Shown here piece after piece: positions 9,168-17,527 of a stretch of 32,000 nucleotides of DNA. Each line of letters opens with the position of its first letter. Position 1 is the stretch's first letter. Source of the DNA: Hyperthermus butylicus DSM 5456 (GTDB taxonomy: Archaea; Thermoproteota; Thermoprotei_A; Sulfolobales; Pyrodictiaceae); the NCBI RefSeq assembly GCF_000015145.1, contig NC_008818.1:1410001-1442000 (forward strand). Direction: 5' to 3'. The position numbers were made by a program, and so were the translations under genes. Under the pieces are notes generated by a model, which searched no databases, was not told the DNA's origin, and worked only from the letters and a program-made list of their open reading frames with translations.

Positions 9168-9204
9168 GGAGCTAGGCTTGAACCGGGCGAGGCTAGCCAG
9201 CTTG

Positions 9205-10734
9205 TCACTGGCCAGCCTTCACCACCTCCATACCGCCCATTAGAAGGCCAAGCTTCTCCTCGGTAAGCTCCTCGGGCCGAGCTATCGCTGTAAACCTTCC
9301 AGCGTACATTACTGCTACGCGGTCGCTAAGCTGTAGCACCTCGTCAGTGTCGGCTGACACTAGAAGCACTGCATGGCCCATGCTGCGCAGCTTCACCAGC
9401 AGCCTCCGGATATACTCTGTAGCTGCGACATCCAGGCCCCGCGTGGGCTGCGCAGCGATAACAAGTTTCGGCTGCTTAGATAGCTCGCGGCCGACCAGTA
9501 GCTTCTGCTGGTTGCCGCCGCTAAGGTAGCGTACTGGACTCCGGAAACCAGGCGCGACAACATCATACTCCTCTATAATCTTCTTGGCGTGCTCTGTCAC
9601 TGCTTTCCAGCTTATAACGCCTAGTCTCCGGGTAAACCTGGGCCATCGATGCATGCCTAGAACACTGTTCTCAGCCACTGACATGTCGAGTATTAGCCCC
9701 ATAGCTTGCCTGTCCTCGGGTATGTGGGCCAGGCCGAGCTTGTAGAGCTCCGATGGCTCCATGTTGGTTACATCTCTACCCAGGAGTATTATCCTGCCCT
9801 TTTCGACTCTCCGGAGCCCGGTGAGTGCCTGTACAAGCTCTGACTGGCCGTTGCCCTCAACGCCAGCTATGCCGAATATCTCCCCAGCCCGTACCTCAAA
9901 GCTTACACCCTTCACGGCCCAGGAGCCGGTATCACCCCTAACCCATAGATCCTCGACACGTAACACAACATCCCCCAGCTTCGATGGAGGCTTCTCGATT
10001 CGCAGGAAGACCTCGCGGCCAACCATCATCCTTGCAAGCATCTTTGGCTCAGCCTTCTCCCTCGGAACCTCCCCGACGACACGTCCCCTCCTCATGACGA
10101 CTATGCGGTCAGCTATTTCGAGAACCTCCCTCAGTTTATGCGTAATGAATACGACCGATTTCCCCGAGTCGCGGAGCCTCTTCAGGGCCTGGAAGAGGAT
10201 CCTAGTCTCGATTGGTGTAAGGTTTGTCGTTGGCTCGTCGAGTATCAGCACGTCCACGCGGCGGTAGAGCATCCTGAGTATCTCTATCCTCTGCCTCTCG
10301 CCGAAGGATAGCTGCTCGACGGGAACGTCGAGCCGGACGCGGAGCCCAGTCTCCTCCATAAGTTTCTCGATGTGCTCGCGCGCGTTGCTCAGCTCCTGGC
10401 CCCCAAGCCCTAGCACTATGTTCTCGTAGGCCGTGAATACGGGTACGAGGGCGAGGTGTTGGTGCACCATGCCTATACCGTTGCGTAGAGCATCGGCTGC
10501 AGAGTGGAAAACCACGCGGCGTCCACGGAGGTATATCTCGCCACGGGTTGGCTTGAGAAAGCCTGCCAGAATCTTCATGAGCGTTGTTTTCCCGGCACCA
10601 TTCTCGCCTAGGAGTCCAAGGATCTCGCCGGGGTAAACGTCTATACTGACGCCTCGAAGGGCAACCGTGCCATCCGGATATATTTTCACTATGTCCCTCA
10701 TGGATACCAGCGGGCTGCGATTGACTGACGGCAA
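9205..10734 (-). CDS. ABC transporter ATP-binding protein with duplicated ATPase domains (sugar/nucleoside type)
   Basis: 509 aa. The first domain has Walker A 'GENGAGKTT', signature 'LSFGERQRIEILR' and Walker B 'VLILDEPT'. The second domain has a degenerate Walker A 'GVEGNGQSE', signature 'LSGGNQQKLLVGR' and 'LVIAAQPTRGLD', as is typical for RbsA/YufO-like proteins. The ATG at 10701 (MRDIVKIY) is a likelier start than the TTG at 10734. Confidence 0.9.
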   Translation of the reverse strand: MPSVNRSPLVSMRDIVKIYPDGTVALRGVSIDVYPGEILGLLGENGAGKTTLMKILAGFLKPTRGEIYLRGRRVVFHSAADALRNGIGMVHQHLALVPVFTAYENIVLGLGGQELSNAREHIEKLMEETGLRVRLDVPVEQLSFGERQRIEILRMLYRRVDVLILDEPTTNLTPIETRILFQALKRLRDSGKSVVFITHKLREVLEIADRIVVMRRGRVVGEVPREKAEPKMLARMMVGREVFLRIEKPPSKLGDVVLRVEDLWVRGDTGSWAVKGVSFEVRAGEIFGIAGVEGNGQSELVQALTGLRRVEKGRIILLGRDVTNMEPSELYKLGLAHIPEDRQAMGLILDMSVAENSVLGMHRWPRFTRRLGVISWKAVTEHAKKIIEEYDVVAPGFRSPVRYLSGGNQQKLLVGRELSKQPKLVIAAQPTRGLDVAATEYIRRLLVKLRSMGHAVLLVSADTDEVLQLSDRVAVMYAGRFTAIARPEELTEEKLGLLMGGMEVVKAGQ

Positions 10735-10837
10735 GGGGCAGCCACGTCCCCTTTGAGTCGTCTCGGTTAGAAGGGAGGAGAGGGGCTAGAGGGAAAAAGG
10801 GGACTCGGTCCGGGATGTTTAATCGTGAGAGTGAACG

Positions 10838-12259
10838 CTAGCCTACCTTTAGCTTGTCTCTAATCTCCTTTATCTCCTTGCTGTCGAGTGGTATCATCTT
10901 CTCGATATCGCTGAACTTGAGTCCATATACCTCAATATCCTTGTTGGTCTTCAGTGTATCGCCGAGCTTGTAGGCCTCCTCCCATATCCAGTCTGGTATC
11001 TGCTCCCTCATCGCCTTAACCTTCTCGTAGATCTCCTGCTTCTGTTCGGGCTTTATTGTGCCGGCTTCGACCGCCATGTTTAGGAATGTCTCGAGGTCCT
11101 CGAGCTTGCTGAGTGCAACGCCACCCTCGGCTAGGCCTAGCTCTAGGACTCCACCGTATTGGTCCACCTTGCCGTTGTAGTAGTCTAGCGCCCTCTTTAC
11201 AGCAGTGTAGACGCCGACATCGACGCGCTTCATCATGCTAGCGATTATGAATCCGGGCTTGATCCAGTCCTGGTCCGCGTCGACGCCGATGGCGAATGGT
11301 GGGCCCATGTCCTTGCCCTCTCTCTTGGCAGCCTCCTCTACGGCCTCGAATATGCCTAGGCCGGTCGCGCCAGCAACGTTGTAGACTATGCAGGCGCCCT
11401 GTGCCAGCTGGGCCTCAGTGGCCTGCTTGCCCTTAGCTGGGTCGTTGAAGGTGCCGGTGTATGTGAAGAATATCTTTAGTGGCTCGACCTGCTGGCCGGT
11501 GTGCTGCTCATAGATCTTCTCGCCGTACCTTATACCCCAGTAGTAACCTGCCTCGAACTTGTACAGCACAGGGATCTCCATGCCTAGCACTACGCCTACG
11601 GCCTTGCAGCCATAGTAGTGGGCTAGCATGCCTGCCAGGGCTCCGGCGAGCGCGCTACCCTCGTGCTCCTTGAATAGCACGCTTAGCACGTTAGGCTTAC
11701 CCTCAATGTAGCCGTCGATTATGGCGAATAGCTGGTCTGGATGCTCGTCCGCAACCTGCTTGACAGCGTCGGTCATTAGGAAGCCCACAGCTACTATTAC
11801 GGCACACTTGCCGCTCCTAGCTAGCGTTCTAAGGTTTGGCAGGTAGTCTGACTCGCTGGTACTCTGAACCTCCACCAGATCGAGGCCAAAGTCCTTAGCA
11901 GCCTTGCTGGCGCCCAGGTATGCCATGTCGTTGAAGCTTAGGTCTCCACGGCCACCAATGTCGTAGACTACGCAGATCTTGTTGCGGCCACCGAGCTCTC
12001 TAGCAGGCAGCTGCTGGGATGCCTCCTCGGCAGGCATCTCCTCGGCATGCTGCATCGTGGTAGACTCTGTGGCGTGCTCTACGGCGTGGTGTTCCGTTGT
12101 CTGTGTGGTTGTCGTCTGCTCGGTGGGGGTCACAGTCTTCTCTTCTTCGGGCCTTGTGGCGAAGTAGACTGCTACGCCGGCAACGATAATTATAATTACA
12201 ATTGAAGCAACGAGGATGGTTTTGTTCACTTTGCTCACCCTCCGGCCCGGCTTATCCAC
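10838..12259 (-). CDS. BMP-family (Med/PnrA-like) ABC substrate-binding protein, membrane-anchored
   Basis: 473 aa. It has an N-terminal TM anchor 'ILVASIVIIIIVAGVAVYFA', then a Thr/Glu/His-rich linker (TPTEQTTTTQTTEHHAVEHATESTT...). The BMP core follows: 'ICVVYDIGGRGDLSFNDMAYLGASKAAKDFG...', 'AIIDGY', 'FKEHEGSALAGALAG' and 'IGVDADQ'. Confidence 0.85.
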   Translation of the reverse strand: MDKPGRRVSKVNKTILVASIVIIIIVAGVAVYFATRPEEEKTVTPTEQTTTTQTTEHHAVEHATESTTMQHAEEMPAEEASQQLPARELGGRNKICVVYDIGGRGDLSFNDMAYLGASKAAKDFGLDLVEVQSTSESDYLPNLRTLARSGKCAVIVAVGFLMTDAVKQVADEHPDQLFAIIDGYIEGKPNVLSVLFKEHEGSALAGALAGMLAHYYGCKAVGVVLGMEIPVLYKFEAGYYWGIRYGEKIYEQHTGQQVEPLKIFFTYTGTFNDPAKGKQATEAQLAQGACIVYNVAGATGLGIFEAVEEAAKREGKDMGPPFAIGVDADQDWIKPGFIIASMMKRVDVGVYTAVKRALDYYNGKVDQYGGVLELGLAEGGVALSKLEDLETFLNMAVEAGTIKPEQKQEIYEKVKAMREQIPDWIWEEAYKLGDTLKTNKDIEVYGLKFSDIEKMIPLDSKEIKEIRDKLKVG

Positions 12260-12282
12260 GTAGGCTAGTTGCAGGGACCGGC

Positions 12283-12288
12283 TTTAAA
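12283..12288 (-). promoter_or_regulatory. TATA-like element (TTTAAA) for the binding-protein/ABC operon
   Basis: 'ctttaaag' lies about 25 nt upstream of the GTG at 12259. That spacing would give a leaderless or near-leaderless mRNA. It sits only about 12 nt downstream of the stop of the preceding minus-strand gene (12300). Confidence 0.4.
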
Positions 12289-12299
12289 GTTGTGAGCAG

Positions 12300-13274
12300 C
12301 TAGCCCTGGCAAAGCCCTGCAAGCTCTTCTGCCAGCTTTTCAGCGCCGTTGGGATATTGTGGCGGCCTACGCTTCCCAGCCTCCTCTATGGCCCTGGCTA
12401 GCTCTTCCACCGTAGGCTCGCCCTCTATGAGGATCGCGTTGAGCTTCATGGCGAATGCCTCGGCGTCCCCTGGTTTGAGCCCAGCCGTCCTCCCAAGCAT
12501 GGGATTGTAGACTATGACGACTGGCTTCCCGTAGGTGAGAGCCGCCTCAACAGCCGTGTGGCCGAGATGCGTAACAACAACCCTGGCACCGGCGAGCCAG
12601 CGGTGGAAGTCAGGGTCGAAGCGGAAGACTGTAAGGCCCGGCCTTCGGGGGAGCTTTTCGGGGTCTACAAGCCTACCAGTCTGCACCACGACATGGTCGT
12701 AGGGGAGTCTCGCAGCAGCCTCTACGAGGCCTGGGTAGCCGAGAGTACCAGTTGCTATGAGCACGTAGCCCCCATCCCGGGGCGGGTAGCGTGGTCTTGG
12801 GTAGAAGGGGCCGTAGACCACGCCTTGTGAGTGTAGCTTCCTCTGCTCCTCCCACTGCAATACAACGCGATCAGCGATAGGTGCTAGTAGCCGGGCGGTA
12901 GCGCTGGGAGCCACAAACCGAACAATATCCTCCACAACGTATAGCCGTGCACCCCTCAGCTTTGCAGTCACAGCCGGGGCTATGCTGAGGTTCGAGCCTA
13001 GGCTCACGAGGGCACAGAGCCCCTTGGGGAGCCGGCGGAGCGAAACCATGAGAGCCCTTGGGGCCCTAAGTGCGGCGGCGAGCCGGGAGTCTGTGGGAGT
13101 ACGTAGCAGAGGCACCTCGACAACACGGTGGCCCTGGAACCTGGCCCGTGTCCACTCGTCGCCCTCAGCAATAACCGCTACAACCTCAACGCCATGCCGT
13201 ACCAGCTCCTCGGCTAGGGCTAGCGCGCGGCCCGAGTGGCCGCCCCTAGCAGCTGTCACCGCGACAACAGCCAA
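12300..13274 (-). CDS. agl24: MurG/Alg13-Alg14-like GT-B glycosyltransferase, Agl24-like (candidate dolichyl-PP-GlcNAc beta-1,4-GlcNAc transferase)
   Basis: 324 aa. N-terminal 'VAVTAARGGHSGRALALAEEL' is a MurG/Alg14-type G-G-H motif, with His13 by my count. 'LYVVEDIVRF' carries Glu115. The C-terminal half, 'VVTHLGHTAVEAALTYGKPVVIV', resembles the GT28 C-terminal nucleotide-sugar-binding region. Size and the H~14/E~114 positions match what I recall for S. acidocaldarius Agl24. Confidence 0.6.
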   Translation of the reverse strand: MAVVAVTAARGGHSGRALALAEELVRHGVEVVAVIAEGDEWTRARFQGHRVVEVPLLRTPTDSRLAAALRAPRALMVSLRRLPKGLCALVSLGSNLSIAPAVTAKLRGARLYVVEDIVRFVAPSATARLLAPIADRVVLQWEEQRKLHSQGVVYGPFYPRPRYPPRDGGYVLIATGTLGYPGLVEAAARLPYDHVVVQTGRLVDPEKLPRRPGLTVFRFDPDFHRWLAGARVVVTHLGHTAVEAALTYGKPVVIVYNPMLGRTAGLKPGDAEAFAMKLNAILIEGEPTVEELARAIEEAGKRRPPQYPNGAEKLAEELAGLCQG

Positions 13275-13393
13275 GGCCCTTGCTCCTCTCGTGGCTGGCT
13301 ACGCGGGTCCATGGGCTTCCCGGTGGCTGGCCGCTCCCCAGATAAACCTCGCCTAGGCCTCGTAGCCTTGAGGCTGGGGGCCGGTAGGGGGTC

Positions 13394-14755
13394 TTGCAGC
13401 CCGGCAGCTGGCTAGACGAGCTTAGGGAGAAGCTACGGGAAAACCGTGTAGTGGTAGGCGTTGTAGGCCTCGGCTACGTGGGGCTCCCGCTCTCCCTCCT
13501 CTACGCCTCCAAGGGGTTCCGCGTCATAGGCTACGATATCGACCAGGGAAGGGTTGAGGCAATACGTAGGGGGCGCTCCTACATAAACTACATTCCCGAC
13601 CACGAGGTAGCCAGGGTCGTCAAGGAGGGCCTACTCGAAGCCTACACGAGCCCGGAGCCGCTCCACGAAGCAGACTTCATACTCGTAACGGTGCCTACAC
13701 CGCTCCGCTGCAACGGCCTACCAGACTTGAGCTATGTGAGGAGCGCTGCTAGGAGTGTTGGCAGGGTGCTCCGCCGCGGCCAGGTAGTGGTATTGGAGAG
13801 TTCCACGTACCCCGGCACGACGAGGGAGGTGCTGGCGCCGATACTTGAGGAGGAGAGCGGCCTACGCGTCGTGAGGGACTTTGGTGTAGCCTACTCCCCG
13901 GAGAGGATCAATCCCGGCGATACCAGGTATAAGCTAGAGGATATACCCAAGGTAGTCGGCGGCATCACACCTGAGATAACCGATATAGTGGCAGAGTTCT
14001 ACTCAAAAGCGTTCAAGTATGTCGTAAAGGTGAAGGATTGTAAGACGGCTGAGGCCACCAAGATGCTCGAGAACATGTTCCGCTACATAAACATAGCACT
14101 TGTGAACGAGCTTGCAGTAGCCTTCGAGAAGATGGGGATAAATGTCTGGGAGGTCATAGAGGCAGCGAAGACAAAACCATTCGGCTTCATGGCATTCTAC
14201 CCCGGGCCCGGTGTTGGCGGCCACTGCATCCCCGTAGACCCATTCTACCTCCGCTACAGCGCCTGGCGCCACGGCGCAGTCCTACGCCTCGTAGAGGTGG
14301 CAGCCTCTATCAACAACTACATGCCAGTACATGTTGTCAACCTCGTCGAGGAGGGCCTTGCAAAGCTAGGCAAGAGGATTAGGGGGGCCCGGGTAGCAGT
14401 TCTAGGCCTTGCCTACAAGCCCGATGTCAACGACGCCAGGGAATCCCCTTCAATAAGAATCATCGAAGAGCTAGTGGAGCGGGGCGCAGTTGTTAGGGTT
14501 CACGACCCCCTGGTAGAGAGTGTTAAGACAGTCTACGGAGTCTTCCAGAGCACTGTGGACCCCCTCGAGCTAGTAGGCTGGGCCGATGCTGTTGTAATAG
14601 CTGTCAACCATACAGCCTACCACAGCAAGGAGCTCGTGACAAAGCTGCTCAACCCAGGTAAGGAGCTAGTAGTGGTTGACACGAGGAACCTTCTGAGCGG
14701 CGCTAGGCCGGGGCCGGGTGTGGTACTGCTAAGGCTTGGAGCCCCCCACAGCTAG
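13394..14755 (+). CDS. UDP-N-acetyl-D-hexosamine 6-dehydrogenase (WbpA/WecC-type nucleotide-sugar dehydrogenase)
   Basis: 453 aa. Rossmann segment 'VVGVVGLGYVGLPLSLLYASKGFRVIGYDID', catalytic-Cys region 'GPGVGGHCIPVDP', and C-terminal domain 'VAVLGLAYKPDVNDARESP'. GlcNAc versus ManNAc specificity cannot be decided from sequence by eye. Confidence 0.9.
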   Translation: MQPGSWLDELREKLRENRVVVGVVGLGYVGLPLSLLYASKGFRVIGYDIDQGRVEAIRRGRSYINYIPDHEVARVVKEGLLEAYTSPEPLHEADFILVTVPTPLRCNGLPDLSYVRSAARSVGRVLRRGQVVVLESSTYPGTTREVLAPILEEESGLRVVRDFGVAYSPERINPGDTRYKLEDIPKVVGGITPEITDIVAEFYSKAFKYVVKVKDCKTAEATKMLENMFRYINIALVNELAVAFEKMGINVWEVIEAAKTKPFGFMAFYPGPGVGGHCIPVDPFYLRYSAWRHGAVLRLVEVAASINNYMPVHVVNLVEEGLAKLGKRIRGARVAVLGLAYKPDVNDARESPSIRIIEELVERGAVVRVHDPLVESVKTVYGVFQSTVDPLELVGWADAVVIAVNHTAYHSKELVTKLLNPGKELVVVDTRNLLSGARPGPGVVLLRLGAPHS

Positions 14756-14969
14756 GCCTAGCAGCCTCAGCAGCATCATCCTAGCCCAGGAGTTAGTGCT
14801 AGCACAAGCCCCGTATAGGCCGGCGAGAAGCACAGACAAGGCCAGGGAATAGGGAGATATTACCTCCGCGAAGTGGCTCGGTCGCCAGACACCCTGCTAC
14901 CGTTAGAGCCACGGGCAAGCCTATGTAGGGGCTCGCACTCCATAACATTCCCTGGGGTGCAGCGTCCCC

Positions 14970-15875
14970 TTGGCGCAGCTAGAGGTTAGAGAGCCACAGG
15001 CAGGCATATGGGGCTTCTACCCCCTCAACCGAGGCGAGCTTCTGAGGACCATTGAGGCATGCCTTCTCGACAAGCGGTTTGGGCCCGGCAGGCTCCCGGA
15101 TAGAAATGCCAGGCCGCGCTATACACCGGTTGGCGGTGTGGTTCCGCATGCTGGCTACAGCTATTCTGGACCCTGCGCAGCCCACCTCTACCTGGAACTC
15201 GCCGAGAACGCCCCAGAGGTGGACACTGTAGTCGTAATGGGAACCAACCATACAGGCTACGGCGGCGTCTACACTACAACCACGAGGTATAAGGCTTGGG
15301 CTACACCGCTGGGCACGGTGGAGACCGATATAGAGTTTATAGAGCTGCTTAAGAAGCTCTACCCGCGCCTAGAGGACGACTACCTAGCACACATGAGGGA
15401 GCACAGCATCGAGGTTGAGCTACCCTTCCTACAGTACATCTACGGCAACAACTTCAAGCTAGTGCCCATAGTAGTGAAGGAGCCCAGTGAGAGGATGGCC
15501 CGGGAAATGGCGGAAGCCGTGAAGAGAGCTGCAGAGGAGCTAGGCCGGAGGATACTCGTAATAGCCTCCTCCGACTTCACCCACCACGGCTACATGTACG
15601 ACTATGTACTCTTCACCGAGAACGTTAGGGAGAACGTGGCAAAGCTGGACATGGCAATTATAGAGCATATACTGCGGTTGGACACCAAGGGCTTCCTTGA
15701 AACCATATACCGGTACGGCGCCACGGTTTGCGGCTACGGAGCCATAGCAACCCTCATAGAGTATGCGAAACTTGAGGGGGCTAGAGCGAAGCTGCTAAAG
15801 TACTATAACTCTGCCGACGTAACCGGCGACGAGGCAGCCGTCGTCGGGTATGCTGCAATACTCTTCCACTTATAA
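14970..15875 (+). CDS. MEMO1-family protein (AmmeMemoRadiSam system protein B)
   Basis: 301 aa. Family blocks: 'VREPQAGIWGFYP', 'GGVVPHAGYSYSGPCAAHLY', 'VVVMGTNHTG', 'REHSIEVELPFLQYI' and 'SSDFTHHG'. Confidence 0.85.
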   Translation: MAQLEVREPQAGIWGFYPLNRGELLRTIEACLLDKRFGPGRLPDRNARPRYTPVGGVVPHAGYSYSGPCAAHLYLELAENAPEVDTVVVMGTNHTGYGGVYTTTTRYKAWATPLGTVETDIEFIELLKKLYPRLEDDYLAHMREHSIEVELPFLQYIYGNNFKLVPIVVKEPSERMAREMAEAVKRAAEELGRRILVIASSDFTHHGYMYDYVLFTENVRENVAKLDMAIIEHILRLDTKGFLETIYRYGATVCGYGAIATLIEYAKLEGARAKLLKYYNSADVTGDEAAVVGYAAILFHL

Positions 15876-15999
15876 GCGAGACAAATCCTCTAGCCATAAT
15901 GTTCCAGCTTAAACCCTAGCTATAAACCCTGCTCTACTAGCCTGTGACACACTCCACAAAACATCTGTGGCGTACGAATACTTGTAGGTAGTACCTGGT

Positions 16000-16290
16000 A
16001 TGTGCCTAGCAGCCTGGCTCCGGCGTGTCGCCCCCGGCGCATACTCAATACTCTCTGGCATAGCCAGAGCTGAGTATGGAGTAGAATTCTCCGAGCTTAG
16101 CTGCGAGGAGCAGTTCGACCTACTCCACACGTACATGCCCCACTTGTACCGTGTAGCCGAAAAGTCGTTCCGCAGGTTGAGGGACCGCGGTAGGAGGAAG
16201 TTTATTAGGAGAATATCCTCAGCCTCCTCGTATACTCGAGCACCTCCTTGTTATAGTCTAGAGTCCAGTCTCCCGTCCGCGGGTCTATAA
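16000..16290 (+). CDS. Possible small hypothetical protein (about 60-96 aa)
   Basis: The central part, 'YSILSGIARAEYGVEFSELSCEEQFDLLHTYMPHLYRVAEKSFRRLRDRG', has protein-like composition. The overlapping 15909..16136(-) ORF is Ser-rich and implausible. The 3' end overlaps the convergent 16205..17428 gene by 86 nt, so the true stop or extent is doubtful. Confidence 0.25.
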   Translation: MCLAAWLRRVAPGAYSILSGIARAEYGVEFSELSCEEQFDLLHTYMPHLYRVAEKSFRRLRDRGRRKFIRRISSASSYTRAPPCYSLESSLPSAGL

Positions 16291-17428
16291 ACTCGAATGG
16301 TAGCGGAAATGACGCCTGGTACACGGTGTGGTTAAACAACTCTATGTCGTCTGCAAACCGTGCTACTAGCTCGTAGAACACCTCTTCGGGCAGCAGCGCT
16401 GAAACCACTATTGCGTCGCCATGCTCCGGACTGTAGAGCATGTATCCAGTCGCCCGGTAGGCTGCCAGGAACCGGTACACCTCCATCACCGCGCCAGCTG
16501 CAACGCGGAATGCTACTGTACGGTGCACCCTCACCGGCTGTATCCAAACTCTGCCGAAAACACCGGTTTCTGCTAGGGAGCGGTAGTGCCGTAAGACGTA
16601 GCGGAAGCTGAGCCTCCTACCCCCAAACAAGTCTTCATCCCCGAACCTAGCTATGGACAGCACTTTTGTCGAGACATCGCGCAGGGTCAACAACGGGTTG
16701 AGGTCTATCGCCGAGGTTATCAAGGCATCTATAAACCTGAAACACCTGGCTGTAGGCTCACACCTTATTGAGAGCTGTCGCCTAACCTCAGCCTCCGGGT
16801 TCTCGATGCAGTCCAGTGACTTGACAAGTACCGTCTCGTAGCGGCCGAGTATCTCGAGCCCCTTAACCTTCTCGAGCATTGCTAGGAACTCGTTGGTGAG
16901 ACGGCGCGGAGACCGGAAGGTGACAAGCACAGTGCCGTCGGCGAAGGCTACAACCGATCCTACAAGCCTGTAGACCGGGTCGAAGCTGTCAAGGTTATTG
17001 TGGAGCTTGTTGAGGAACGATGTATCTGCTAGTGCCACGATGCTGGTTAGACCGAGGATGCTAATGCTACGCATGTGGGATGCGAGGAGCCCTGGCCGGA
17101 GAGATACGTAGTCGTAGATACAGCTCCTAAGCAGCTTCATAAGCTTAGAGTACATGCCACGGCTAGTGTAGCCTATGTAGCTTGTAATCTCCCTCCACTG
17201 CAGCCGGGGCTCGTAGCAGGTAAGCGCGTTAGCGAGCATGTCGAGGAGCGGGTACTGTTTCGCAGATTGCAAATCTGTTAAAAGTTTTCTACAAGCGTGA
17301 GGCAGAGTAGAAATTGTACTAGCAGAGCCCCTATATACCTGGTGAGGAGCCGGTGCCTCGAACATATCGCGCTCCAAAGATCCCATCCCTAGGTCCCAGA
17401 CCGATACCAGTACCAATGCCCTAAACAA
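16205..17428 (-). CDS. Hypothetical protein, 407 aa, with two internally similar halves each resembling an HTH followed by a small alpha/beta (Lrp/RAM-like) module
   Basis: Long ORF with balanced composition. All overlapping plus-strand ORFs are short and Arg/Ser/Pro-rich. Candidate HTH segments are 'WREITSYIGYTSRGMYSKLMKLLRSCIYDYVSLRP' and 'LTLRDVSTKVLSIARFGDEDLFGGRRLSFRYVLRHYRSLAETGVFGRVWIQP'. I recognised no catalytic motif. The start is uncertain (TTG 17428, or the ATG at residue 15 or 22). Confidence 0.65.
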   Translation of the reverse strand: MFRALVLVSVWDLGMGSLERDMFEAPAPHQVYRGSASTISTLPHACRKLLTDLQSAKQYPLLDMLANALTCYEPRLQWREITSYIGYTSRGMYSKLMKLLRSCIYDYVSLRPGLLASHMRSISILGLTSIVALADTSFLNKLHNNLDSFDPVYRLVGSVVAFADGTVLVTFRSPRRLTNEFLAMLEKVKGLEILGRYETVLVKSLDCIENPEAEVRRQLSIRCEPTARCFRFIDALITSAIDLNPLLTLRDVSTKVLSIARFGDEDLFGGRRLSFRYVLRHYRSLAETGVFGRVWIQPVRVHRTVAFRVAAGAVMEVYRFLAAYRATGYMLYSPEHGDAIVVSALLPEEVFYELVARFADDIELFNHTVYQASFPLPFEFIDPRTGDWTLDYNKEVLEYTRRLRIFS

Positions 17429-17527
17429 ACAAGGACCACTAAACCCTAGGGAGAGGGACTCCCCGCCTTTTCCTATCCAATCCTCAGACGGATACGCTGG
17501 ATCCCATTATCTGCTGCGTAGCGTGGG

